Assembly: GCA_020845735.1 (NCBI GenBank)
Contig: JADLFF010000034.1
Coordinates: 10,884-74,883, forward strand
DNA length: 64,000 nucleotides
Direction of reading: 5' to 3'
DNA from: Dehalococcoidia bacterium
GTDB lineage: Bacteria > Chloroflexota > Dehalococcoidia > UBA2979
This document shows, piece after piece, positions 8,802 to 17,308 of this stretch; the stretch's first letter is position 1, and each line of letters starts with the position of its first letter. The translations under genes and the position numbers were made by a program. Below the pieces are notes generated by a model. That model ran no database searches. It saw only the letters and a list, made by a program, of their open reading frames with translations, and was not told the DNA's origin.

Positions 8802-9275
8802 TCAGTGTGCCACACCCGTCGCCACGGCCTCGATGGCGTCCACGATCTTCGTGTAACCGGTGCACCGGCAGAGGTTGCCGGCGATGCCCTGGCGAATCTC
8901 CTCGCGCGTGGGGTGCGGGTTCCGCTCGAGGAGCGCGACTCCCGAGAGGATCATTCCCGGGATGCAGAACCCGCACTGCAGCGCGCCGTGATCGATGAAC
9001 GCCTGCTGCAGCGGGTGCAGCTTCCCGTCCTGCGCCAACCCCTCGATGGTCAGCACGTCGCGGCCCTGCGCCTCCACGCCCAGCACGAGGCAGGACGTCA
9101 CGTTCTCCCCGTCGAGGTGCATCGTGCAGGCGCCGCAGTCGCCCGTGCCGCACCCCTCCTTCGCCCCGGTGAGCCGGAGCTCGTCACGCACCACCTCGAG
9201 GAGCGTGAGGTTCGGCTCGGCGTAGACCTCGTGGTCCTCGCCATTGACGTGCAGCGTGTATGCGATCTTTGCCAT
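8802..9275 (-). CDS. (2Fe-2S)-binding small subunit of XDH-family enzyme
   Basis: ORF 8802..9731 trimmed to ATG 9275. GCGTGDCGACTMHLDG and QCGFCIPGMI..NLCRCTGY motifs. Confidence 0.9.
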   Translation of the reverse strand: MAKIAYTLHVNGEDHEVYAEPNLTLLEVVRDELRLTGAKEGCGTGDCGACTMHLDGENVTSCLVLGVEAQGRDVLTIEGLAQDGKLHPLQQAFIDHGALQCGFCIPGMILSGVALLERNPHPTREEIRQGIAGNLCRCTGYTKIVDAIEAVATGVAH

Positions 9276-9313
9276 CGAGTGGCCCTTCTGATGCCGCTGG
9301 TCGAACGTGCCCG

Positions 9314-10180
9314 CTAGGCGCTGGCTCGCTCCGCAGCCCGCAGGATGCTCTGTCGTGTCATGACCTCGATGAGGTACGTGCGGAACGCCGCCGACGCACG
9401 CTGGTCCGAGATCGGCGTGGCCTCGGTCGCGGCCACCGCTGCCGCGGCGGCCGCGGTCTCCTCGGTGACCGGCCCACCCACGAGGGCGGCCTCGGCCCGC
9501 GGTGCCCGGATCACGGTCGGCGCGACGGCCCCGAGGGCGATCCGCGCGGTCGTGCAGGTCCCACTCGCGTCCAGCTCGAGGTAGACCGCGGTCCCCACGG
9601 CCGCGATGTCCATCACCTTCCGAGGCGTGTGGCGCTGGTAGTGCGATCCCGCTCGCGTCCCCGGCGCGGGCAGCGTGAAGTGCGTCACGACTTCGCCCGC
9701 CTCCAGCGAGGTGCGACCGGGCCCCGTCCACAGCTCGATGATCGGGATCGTCCGCTCACCGCTCGGCCCCGAGGCGTGTGCGGTTGCCTCCAGCACCGCA
9801 AGCCCGGGGCTCGTGTCCGCCGAGGGCGCCGCGTTGCAGACGTTGCCCCCGATCGTCGCGAGGTGGCGCGTCTGCACGGACCCCACGAGGCTGGCGCCGT
9901 CCGACAGCGCGCTGTACCGCGCCTGGATCGAGGGGTGACTCCCTACCTCGACCATGCGCGTGCGCGCGCCGATCTGCAGGCCGCTCGCGTGCTCCGTGAT
10001 GCCGCTCAACCCCTCGATGTCCGCGAGGGAGACGACGTAACGCACGGGGCGCCCCGCCTCCTTGACCTGCACCAGCACGTCGGTCCCACCCGCGAGGAGC
10101 AGTCCACCCTCGCCGTGCTCGCGCAGGATCGTGCTCGCCTCGGCCAGCGAGGATGGGCGAAAGTAATCAAATCTACGCAT
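9314..10180 (-). CDS. FAD-binding (CoxM/XdhB-like) medium subunit of XDH-family enzyme
   Basis: 288 aa. FDYFRPSSLAEA..LLAGGTDVLVQVK.., TIGGNVCNAAPSAD. Confidence 0.85.
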   Translation of the reverse strand: MRRFDYFRPSSLAEASTILREHGEGGLLLAGGTDVLVQVKEAGRPVRYVVSLADIEGLSGITEHASGLQIGARTRMVEVGSHPSIQARYSALSDGASLVGSVQTRHLATIGGNVCNAAPSADTSPGLAVLEATAHASGPSGERTIPIIELWTGPGRTSLEAGEVVTHFTLPAPGTRAGSHYQRHTPRKVMDIAAVGTAVYLELDASGTCTTARIALGAVAPTVIRAPRAEAALVGGPVTEETAAAAAAVAATEATPISDQRASAAFRTYLIEVMTRQSILRAAERASA

Positions 10181-10310
10181 GCTGCCCCTTCCACGGGTCG
10201 TGGCAGTTCGCGCGGATTCTACCGCGCCGCATCCCGCGCGCGCTCAACAGTCGTCGCGCTCGACCCGTGTACCCATCGGTTCCCCCGAGCGAAGCCGGAG
10301 GGTCCGCGCC

Positions 10311-10462
10311 GCGACCCGTTCGCCCGCGCGCGCTCGAGGGTCCGGGCCGTGATCCGTTCGCCCGCGTGCGCTCGAGGGCCCGCGCCGTGATCCGTTCGCC
10401 CGCGTGCGCTCGAGGGCCAGCGCCGTGATCCGTTCGCCCTGAGCCTGTCGAAGGGCCAGCCG
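10311..10462 (+). repeat. tandem repeat, about 4 units of 38 bp (GTGATCCGTTCGCCCGCGTGCGCTCGAGGGCCCGCGCC); the last unit merges into a family-A module
   Basis: Unit starts at 10311, 10349, 10387 and 10425 (period 38). The last unit continues as CCGTTCGCCCTGAGCCTGTCGAAGGGC. Confidence 0.85.
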
Positions 10463-10522
10463 TCGCCCGGGCGTCCTCCTGCGTGCCGTCACAGTCCGAG
10501 GCGTCGCCGGGTCCGGGCGCCG

Positions 10523-10924
10523 CTAGCTCCCGGACGCCCCTCGGCGCTCGCGCCAGCCGTCGAGGGCCACGCGAATGGCCTGTGCCGCCAGCACGGAGCA
10601 GTGCACCTTGGAGCTCGGGAGGCCGCCGACGGCCGCCGCGAACTGGTCCCGCGTCAGCGCCTCGGCCTCCTCGAGGCGCAGCCCGGTGATGAGCTCCGTC
10701 GCGGCCGACGACGTGGCAATCGAGGCGGGGCAGCCGGAGGTGAGGAACGAGGCGCGCTCGATGGTGCTCCCGGCAGCGTCGATGCGCAGGAACAGCCGCA
10801 TCGAGTCGCCGCACACGGGGTTCACGACGTAGCCCTCGGCGTTGGCGTCGGCCATCGCCCCCGCGTTGCGAGGGTGCTCGAAATGGTCGATGAGCGTCGC
10901 GCTGTAGTGCTCGGAGAGGGTCAT
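10523..10924 (-). CDS. NifU/IscU/SufU-like Fe-S cluster scaffold protein
   Basis: Trimmed to ATG 10924. HFEHPRNAG..NPVCGDSMRLFL...SGCPASIATSS...KVHCSVLA (three conserved Cys). Confidence 0.8.
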   Translation of the reverse strand: MTLSEHYSATLIDHFEHPRNAGAMADANAEGYVVNPVCGDSMRLFLRIDAAGSTIERASFLTSGCPASIATSSAATELITGLRLEEAEALTRDQFAAAVGGLPSSKVHCSVLAAQAIRVALDGWRERRGASGS

Positions 10925-10984
10925 GCCCCATTCTCGCATAGCGCGCCGCACATTCGTGGTACCCGGGCCAGGTGGCGCGCGCGG

Positions 10985-12184
10985 CTAGTCCCCGGGGCCC
11001 TCGAGGCAGCGCAGTCCCTCGAGGGGTGCTCCGCCGGCCATCGCGAGCACGCGGATCCGCCCGCGGCCGGCGGGCTCGATGAGGGTGTCGGCGGCGCGCC
11101 GCGCGACCGCGTACGCCCCGAAGTCCTCGGCCATGCGCGCACGGGCCGCCTCGACGGCCTCACCCAGTCCGAGGGCCACGAGCGCGCGTGCCTGCGTGGT
11201 GAGTGGCGCGGCCTCGAGGCCGGCCCGCGCGCCGGCGCTGGCCAGCGAGGTGAAATCGACGTGCGCCGTGAGGTCGGTAAGGCCGGGCGCGTCGAGGAGG
11301 TTCGGCTGCGGCGAGTGGTGACGGAACGCGAGCAGCGTCCCGTTCCGTCTCCATGAGGCGTACAGCTCGGCCGCGGGGTAGCCATAATCGATGGTGAGGA
11401 CGTAACCGCGCTCGAGGCGGCGCGACACGCGCTCCATCAGCGCGGGCGCTGCGAGACATACCTCGGCGGTGCAGCCCTCACCCGGACCCAACCCCAGCGC
11501 CTCGAGGTGTGCCGCGATCGCCGGGGTGCTGAGCGGCCCGCTCTCGAGGCCGAGCGCGCCGTCCTCGCGCATGCCGACGTAGATCTCCTCGAGGCGTCCG
11601 CCGTCGTTCTGACCGTCGTTCCGCAGCAGGTGCACGGGCAGCGCGTCGAACAGCTCGTTGCTGATCACGACGCCGCGCACGAGCTCGCGGCGCCCGAGCC
11701 ACTCCTCGAGGAGCGCGTGCTCGGCGCGCAGGCCCAGCCGTTCGAGGGCGGCTCGTTGCTCCTCGAGGCGCCGCGGGTGGCCGTCGAGGACGGTCGGGCG
11801 CGTCGCGGCGAAGCACTCGGGCGCCCGCTCGCGCAGCCACGCCAGCATCGAGGCCATGAACGCGCCGGACCCGCCCCCCACCTCTACGAGGGCGAACGGG
11901 TCGGGCCGCTTGAGGCGCTCCCAGCACTCGACCACCTGGCGCGCCCAGAGGTAGCCGAACACGGGATGCACCTCGGGCGAGGTCTCGAAGTCGCCGTCGC
12001 GCCCCCAGCGGAGGTCGGCGCGCGCGTAGTAGCCGTGCTCGGGGTGTCCCAGCGCGAGGGCCATGTACCGCTCGAAGGGGATGCGGCCGCCCGCGGCGGC
12101 GATCTCCTCGCGCAGCACCCGCTCGAGGGGTGTGCTCCGCGAGGCCAGCGCGAAGTCGTCGAACGTGTCCCCCGGTCGCTCCAT
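10985..12184 (-). CDS. SAM-dependent methyltransferase, DUF185 (MidA/NDUFAF7-like)
   Basis: 399 aa. IPFERYMALAL..GYY.....GDFETSPEVHPVFG, LVEVGGGSG, NELFDALP, DYGY. Confidence 0.75.
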   Translation of the reverse strand: MERPGDTFDDFALASRSTPLERVLREEIAAAGGRIPFERYMALALGHPEHGYYARADLRWGRDGDFETSPEVHPVFGYLWARQVVECWERLKRPDPFALVEVGGGSGAFMASMLAWLRERAPECFAATRPTVLDGHPRRLEEQRAALERLGLRAEHALLEEWLGRRELVRGVVISNELFDALPVHLLRNDGQNDGGRLEEIYVGMREDGALGLESGPLSTPAIAAHLEALGLGPGEGCTAEVCLAAPALMERVSRRLERGYVLTIDYGYPAAELYASWRRNGTLLAFRHHSPQPNLLDAPGLTDLTAHVDFTSLASAGARAGLEAAPLTTQARALVALGLGEAVEAARARMAEDFGAYAVARRAADTLIEPAGRGRIRVLAMAGGAPLEGLRCLEGPGD

Positions 12185-12194
12185 GCGCCCGATC

Positions 12195-12842
12195 CTAGAG
12201 GCCGCCCAGCACCTCGAGGCGGTTGCTCACCACCTCGTCGACGCCCCACGCGGCCAGCGCGCGCGCCCGCTCGAGGTCATCCACGGTCCACACGGTGATG
12301 CGAGGGGCGAAGCGCCGCAGGGCCTCCACCTCGCCCGGCGCGTGGAGGAGGCTGTGGCGCACGGTCACGCCGACCTCCGGGATCACCTCGGCCAGGCGCC
12401 CCTCGATGAACCGGCGGAGCTGGGCCTCGCTGCGGATGGAGTACGCAGCGGGCATGTCGGGCAGCCACGCCCGGAGGCGTTCGGCGAGCGACCACGACTC
12501 GCACGTGAACCGCAGCGAGGCGCGCGTGTCCACGTCGAGCTCATCGAGCGCGCGAAACACGTCCGGTGCCGGGTCGTTGAGCCACGCCCGCATGTCGAGG
12601 GACACCGCGCGCCCCGAGGCCGCCGCGAGCAGCGCCTCGAGGCTCCCCGGCTTCGCTCGGAGCCGGACCCCCCGCTGGTGCAGCCCGACGGGGTATGCGC
12701 TCACGGGGCGGTCGTGCTGGAGGACCAGCCTGCCCCGGATCACCCACGCGTCCGCCTCCAGGACATCGACGGGCGCCTCGGGGGCCAGCGGCTGCGGCAC
12801 CGCGACGTTGCCCGCACCGTGGAGTGTGCGCACGACGGTCAT
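12195..12842 (-). CDS. glycerophosphodiester phosphodiesterase (GDPD)-like family protein
   Basis: LEADAWV..GRLVLQHDRP (ExD...HD) and C-terminal ITVWTVDD...A..GVDEVVSN. The N-terminal HRG motif is divergent. Confidence 0.5.
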   Translation of the reverse strand: MTVVRTLHGAGNVAVPQPLAPEAPVDVLEADAWVIRGRLVLQHDRPVSAYPVGLHQRGVRLRAKPGSLEALLAAASGRAVSLDMRAWLNDPAPDVFRALDELDVDTRASLRFTCESWSLAERLRAWLPDMPAAYSIRSEAQLRRFIEGRLAEVIPEVGVTVRHSLLHAPGEVEALRRFAPRITVWTVDDLERARALAAWGVDEVVSNRLEVLGGL

Positions 12843-12863
12843 CGAGTGGTCACGAGTCGAGGG

Positions 12864-13400
12864 TCAGGACTGGGCGCGCGTCCCGAGCACGTGCACGGTT
12901 ACCTCGCGGCGCCGACCGTGGTCCAGCTCCACGAGGAAGCAGCTCTGCCACCGGCCCATCCGAGGGGAGCCCTCGTGCACGGGCATCGTCACGCTGCTCC
13001 CCAGGAACAGCTGCTGGCAGTGCGAGTGTCCGTTCTCGCTCTCGTCGGCCACCATGTTGACGGTCCGAATCGAGAAGTCGTTGTGCGCGTAGTAGTCGTC
13101 CGCCGGGGCGAGCCGGGAAATGACGCGCTTCATGTCCTCGAGGAGCAGCGGCTCGTGCTCGTTGACGATGACCGCCGCGGTCGTGTGCGAGGAGAACACG
13201 GACACCTGCCCGAACGCGACGCCGGACCGGCTCACCGCCTCGCGGATGTGCGCCGTGATGTCGATGAACTGCAGGCCGTGCGTCGTGTCGTAGGTCAGCG
13301 TCTCGGCGAACGCCACAAACTCCGTCGCCGGCACCACCACCCTGTGCAGAGGAGTGACATCGTGCAGCGGCGCAATCGAGGGGGACCCGGCGGGCTCCAT
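12864..13400 (-). CDS. YjbQ/UPF0047 family (secondary thiamine-phosphate synthase) protein
   Basis: FIDITAHIREAV..SGVAFGQVSVFSSHTTAAVIVNEHEPLLLED...APADDYYAHND......NGHSHCQQLFLGSS. Confidence 0.8.
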   Translation of the reverse strand: MEPAGSPSIAPLHDVTPLHRVVVPATEFVAFAETLTYDTTHGLQFIDITAHIREAVSRSGVAFGQVSVFSSHTTAAVIVNEHEPLLLEDMKRVISRLAPADDYYAHNDFSIRTVNMVADESENGHSHCQQLFLGSSVTMPVHEGSPRMGRWQSCFLVELDHGRRREVTVHVLGTRAQS

Positions 13401-13501
13401 GCAAACCTCTCACCGTTGGGGCAGGTGGGAACGCCCTGACGAGGCTAGCAGCCTGTCTCGGTCTGTGCAGCAGCCCCGACGACGCGCGCGAGCGCGTCCG
13501 T

Positions 13502-14086
13502 TCAGCGCCGCGGGCGCGTCCGCACGGCGCTGAGGTGGAAGCCCTCGTCATAGATGATCTGCGCGACGGCGAGCAGGATCAGCGCGATCCCGCCATACAG
13601 CCGCGTCTCCGGCGCATCGAGGATCGTCGCGGCCACTGGAAAAGACACCATCGCCAGCAACCCACCGATGCGGCGGTTGGAGATCGCCAGGCCGATTGAC
13701 ACCCCGAGGACGGTCGCAATCACGGCCGGCACGGGCATCAGCATCGTCGCCGCGCCGAGGCCGGTCGCGGTCCCGTTGCCCCCGCTCAGCCGCAGAAAGA
13801 TCGAGTAGTCGTGACCCACGACCGCGGCAAACGCGGCCAGCACGGCCGCCACGTCGCCCAGCCCGAACGCGTACGCCAGTCCGACGGCCGCCATCCCCTT
13901 CAGGATGTCGACCAGCGCAACGACGGCCGCCGGGCCCAGGCCGACGGAATCGAGCACGTTCATCGCGCCCGGGTTCCCGGTACCCATCGAGCGGATGTCC
14001 CGGCCGCTGTGCCAGTGCACCACCAGGTACGAGGTCGGGAACGACCCCAGGAGATACGCCGCCAGCAGGAGCCCCGCAACTGGCAT
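13502..14086 (-). CDS. plsY: glycerol-3-phosphate acyltransferase PlsY
   Basis: Trimmed to ATG 14086. YLLGSFPTSYLV......DIRSMGTGNPGAMNV, HDYSIFLRLSGGNG; polytopic. Confidence 0.85.
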   Translation of the reverse strand: MPVAGLLLAAYLLGSFPTSYLVVHWHSGRDIRSMGTGNPGAMNVLDSVGLGPAAVVALVDILKGMAAVGLAYAFGLGDVAAVLAAFAAVVGHDYSIFLRLSGGNGTATGLGAATMLMPVPAVIATVLGVSIGLAISNRRIGGLLAMVSFPVAATILDAPETRLYGGIALILLAVAQIIYDEGFHLSAVRTRPRR

Positions 14087-14248
14087 CGCAACCCTCGACA
14101 CGTCCGAGACGCAGGTGGGACTTGCCGTCCAATGCCATCCTATCGCGGGCCAGCCGCGTCGTGACTTCGCGCAGCCGACGACGACCGGTTTCAATCCAGA
14201 TTTGACGCGGGTGTGGAAAACTCGAGGGGAAAAAAATGAGAAAGTGTG

Positions 14249-14277
14249 TTGACTACTCATCCGATCAGTGGTCTGAT
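14249..14277 (+). promoter_or_regulatory. candidate sigma70-type promoter for the aquaporin gene (-35 TTGACT, 17 nt, -10 TCTGAT) overlapping an inverted repeat GATCAG-N4-CTGAT
   Basis: AT-richer divergent intergenic region between plsY and the aquaporin gene. Hexamers read directly; no experimental support. Confidence 0.3.
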
Positions 14278-14306
14278 TGCCGGGTTCGTGGTGACGAGGC
14301 GGGACG

Positions 14307-14975
14307 ATGACCGACTATCGCAAGCTGGCAGCCGAGTTCGTCGGCACCTTCACGCTCATCTTCGCGGGCGTCGGTGCCGTGCTCGCGAGCCAGGGCACGA
14401 ACCTCGTCGCGATCGGACTCGCGCACGGCCTCGCCATTGCCGTGATGGGCTCGGCGCTGGGGCACGTCTCCGGCGGCGTCTTCAACCCGGCGCTCACGGT
14501 CGGGCTCTGGGTGACGCGTCGGCTCGCCGCACTCGATGCCGTGAGCTACATCGTGATCCAGTTGCTGGGCGGCATCGCCGCTGCGTTCACCCTGACGCTG
14601 ATCTTCGACGCCACGATGGTGTCGCAGGTGAAGCTGGGGACCCCCCAGCTCGCCTCCGGCGTCACCGAGGCGCAGGGCATCCTCGTCGAGGCGTTGATGA
14701 CCTTCTTCCTCGTCATCGCCGTGTTCGGTACCGCCATCGACAGCCGCGGCCCGAAGCTGGGCGCGCTGCTGATCGGCCTCACCATCACGATGGACATCGC
14801 GATGGGTGGTGGCCTCACCGGCGCCGCGATGAACCCCGCGCGCTCCCTCGGGCCCGCGCTTGTCAGCGGCACGATGGGTGACCAGCTCGTCTACTGGGTC
14901 GGCCCGATCCTCGGCGCCGTGGCCGCAGCCATCCTCTACGAGTTCGTCTTCCTGAAGGAGGACGCGACCGAATAG
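14307..14975 (+). CDS. MIP-family channel (aquaporin/glycerol facilitator)
   Basis: 222 aa, six hydrophobic segments, two NPA boxes (SGGVFNPALT and GAAMNPARSLG). Confidence 0.9.
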   Translation: MTDYRKLAAEFVGTFTLIFAGVGAVLASQGTNLVAIGLAHGLAIAVMGSALGHVSGGVFNPALTVGLWVTRRLAALDAVSYIVIQLLGGIAAAFTLTLIFDATMVSQVKLGTPQLASGVTEAQGILVEALMTFFLVIAVFGTAIDSRGPKLGALLIGLTITMDIAMGGGLTGAAMNPARSLGPALVSGTMGDQLVYWVGPILGAVAAAILYEFVFLKEDATE

Positions 14976-15068
14976 CCCTCCGCGCGAGGGCCGCCCTCGT
15001 CGAGGGCGCCACCTTGTGACACCTTCATCTGCCGAATCACCCCCGCCGCACGGCAGATGTGGGTCAGG

Positions 15069-15100
15069 GAGCGGGCCTCAAAGGCCCGCTCTCGTCTTCC
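15069..15100 (+). terminator. candidate intrinsic terminator after the aquaporin gene
   Basis: Perfect 9-bp stem GAGCGGGCC/GGCCCGCTC with loop TCAAA, followed by TCGTCTTCC (weak T tract). Confidence 0.45.
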
Positions 15101-15223
15101 CGGCCACACGTAGCTCCGAGGCCAACACGCGCCCCCGAGGCTACACCACCCCTGAGGCCAACAAGCACTTCCGAGGAATGAGCGGCGTCTGCCCGAGGCG
15201 CGTGCGCAGCAGCTACGTCTCGG

Positions 15224-15583
15224 CTAGGCCCGCGCCAGCTGCTGGCCGAGCCACGCGAGCGCCAGCCCCGCCACCAGGCTCACGAGGACATAGAGCGCGG
15301 CCTGCGCCAGCCGGCCATCCTCGGCGAGGCGCACGGTCTCGAGGCTGAGCGTCGAGAACGTCGTGTACGCGCCGATGAACCCGCCGTTGATGCCGTTGCG
15401 CCACTCGAGGGGCACATGCGCTCGTTCCACCAGGTAGACGCTCAGGAACCCGAGGAGGAACGCGCCCGTGAGGTTCACGGTGAGCGTCGCGAGGGGGAAC
15501 GTGCCCGCGGTGATGGCGCGCCCCACCGCGTACCGCGCCAGCGCGCCGAGCGCGCCACCGGTCGCCACGAGCGCGTACTCCAT
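15224..15583 (-). CDS. crcB: fluoride ion channel CrcB/FluC
   Basis: 119 aa. GGALGALARY..., TLTVNLTGAFLLGF, GFIGAYTTFSTL. Confidence 0.85.
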   Translation of the reverse strand: MEYALVATGGALGALARYAVGRAITAGTFPLATLTVNLTGAFLLGFLSVYLVERAHVPLEWRNGINGGFIGAYTTFSTLSLETVRLAEDGRLAQAALYVLVSLVAGLALAWLGQQLARA

Positions 15584-15586
15584 GCC

Positions 15587-16030
15587 CTACCTCGGTCCTG
15601 TCGAGCCGTGGCCGGCCTCGCCGCGCAGCGTGGCGTCCAGCTCATCGACGAGCTGCCACTCGACGTCCGCGAGGCGGCCCACGACGAGCTGCGCGATGCG
15701 ATCGCCGTGGTGCACCTCGTGCGGGCCGCAGCCCGGCAGGCAGTACAGCGTGACGAAGAGCTCACCGCGGTAGTCGGCGTCGATCGTGCCCAGCGTCGCC
15801 ATGACACCTCGCAGCGACAGCCCCGATCGAGGGCGTACCTGGACGTCGACACCGGCGGGCGCGGCGATCGCCAGCCCCGTGGGGACTAGCTGAGGGGTGC
15901 TGCCGATGCTCACCGGGCCGCCCTCGAGGCAGGCGTGGAGGTCGTAACCGCTCGCCAGCGCGCTCTGCCGAACGGGCAGCAGCGCGCCCGGGCGCAACGG
16001 ACGCACCTGGAGCACGGTCGGCGGAAGCAT
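15587..16030 (-). CDS. dut: dUTP diphosphatase
   Basis: SALASGYDLHA, RPRSGL, GTIDADYRGEL, GDRIAQLVV, RGEAGHGSTG motifs. Confidence 0.9.
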   Translation of the reverse strand: MLPPTVLQVRPLRPGALLPVRQSALASGYDLHACLEGGPVSIGSTPQLVPTGLAIAAPAGVDVQVRPRSGLSLRGVMATLGTIDADYRGELFVTLYCLPGCGPHEVHHGDRIAQLVVGRLADVEWQLVDELDATLRGEAGHGSTGPR

Positions 16031-16060
16031 TGCGGGCGTGGAGGCGTCCCGCGCGACGAT

Positions 16061-16575
16061 CTAGCGAGCGGCCGCCGCGGCCACTGCCTCCTGCGCGCGC
16101 TTCCCCTTCTTCGGGGTCAGGATCTCGAGGGGGTAGACAGCCCGCTTGAGCATCTCGCGCGGCGGGTCGATGTAGATCGCACCCCAGCCGCACGCCTGCT
16201 CGCAGAGCCGGCACCCCACGCACTTCCGAGGGTCCACGGTCGCAATCCCGAAGAAGTCCTTGTTGTTCGGCGAGTCCTGCAGCGACAGCGCCTCGAACGG
16301 GCAGATGTTGATGCACAGCTCGCAGCCCGAGCCGATGCAGTTCTCCTCGACGACCTTCGACAGGGGCAGCTCCCGACGCGGGAACGTCCGGCAGACGTCG
16401 CCCACCTCGTCGATGATTGCCTCAACGGGACAGACGGCCCCACACGCGCCGCAGTTGATGCAGAGGGCGTCATCGATGATGTGGAGTTCATTCCGCAGGC
16501 CGGTGATGGCCTCGACAGGGCACTTGTTCGTGCACGCCGTACAACCGATGCAGGTTTCGACGATCGTGTACGCCA
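16061..16575 (-). CDS. 4Fe-4S dicluster-domain ferredoxin-like protein (four Cys clusters)
   Basis: Trimmed to GTG 16575 (GGGAGG 6 nt upstream). CIGCTACTNKCP, CINCGACGAVCP, CIGSGCELCINICP, CVGCRLCEQAC. Confidence 0.8.
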
Positions 16576-16682
16576 CGTAGGCCTCCCGCGAGAGCTGAGG
16601 ATGTCCCGAATCTAGCATCGGCGGCGACTGCCATCAAACCGAGGCCACGAACGGGCGTTGATGTCAGCGACCGAACGTCACG

Positions 16683-16716
16683 AAAAAAAGGGAGGACCCG
16701 CGATGCGGGCCCTCCC
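16683..16716 (-). terminator. rho-independent terminator (minus strand) after the small Ala/Thr-rich protein gene
   Basis: Minus strand reads GGGAGGGCCCGC-ATC-GCGGGTCCTCCC followed by TTTTTTT. Confidence 0.8.
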
Positions 16717-16753
16717 AGTTTGGCCGAGCGGCCAGCGCCGATGCGCTATGTGG

Positions 16754-17131
16754 TTATCGGCGGCGCGTGACCATGCGGCCCGCGACGGCGACCGAGGCGG
16801 CGGCCGCGACGAGCAGCAGGATCGTCATCGTGTTCGAGCTAGCGCCGTCCTGGCCAAGGAACCCACCCGAGCCGGACTTCGGGGCCGCCGGAGCGGTCGT
16901 CGCTGCAGCCTTGGCCGTCGCAGCGGCGGTTGGCGCAGTGGTGGCAGCGGCCTTGGCAGTTGCCGTCGGCGACGCGGCCTGCTCGCGAACGACGCCGGCA
17001 ATGCCGTCAATCGGTCGCGTGGTGGTCGCGGCGAACATTGCCGCGGGGACCAGCGCAAGGCCGACCCCGATGGCGATCGCCATCTTGATGCGGCTTAGCC
17101 GCCGGTCCTTCTTCTCCGACATTCGATGCAT
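16754..17131 (-). CDS. small secreted/anchored Ala/Thr-rich protein (hypothetical)
   Basis: N-terminal KDRRLSRIKMAIAIGVGLALVPAAMFA (signal, Tat-like RR), low-complexity Ala/Thr/Lys middle, C-terminal hydrophobic helix plus RRR tail. Followed by a strong terminator. Confidence 0.55.
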   Translation of the reverse strand: MHRMSEKKDRRLSRIKMAIAIGVGLALVPAAMFAATTTRPIDGIAGVVREQAASPTATAKAAATTAPTAAATAKAAATTAPAAPKSGSGGFLGQDGASSNTMTILLLVAAAASVAVAGRMVTRRR

Positions 17132-17308
17132 CCCCTCTTCCGCATCACTGGCTGCTCGACCGCGAGGCGCGGCGATACGCGGGAGAACGTACCACCGGGT
17201 GTTGTATACGCAAGGGGGTTGGGGATAACGAACGGCCGATTCGACTCTGCGATCTCCCCACGGAATCGCCGAGGAATCCCCACTGAATTGGCCGCCGCCA
17301 GGCGGCCG

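Noticed and set aside
13401-13501. Possible TPP riboswitch upstream of the yjbQ-like gene (GGGGC...GCCCC closing pair, CCGAGACAGG).
   Set aside because: The conserved CUGAGA and ACCUGAUCUGGAUAAUGCCAGCG-type elements are not present. Only an Infernal scan (RF00059) could revive this.
15584-15600. Fluoride riboswitch expected upstream of crcB.
   Set aside because: crcB starts 3 nt after the dut stop, leaving no room. No crcB-motif-like sequence was seen upstream of the ferredoxin-dut-crcB string either.
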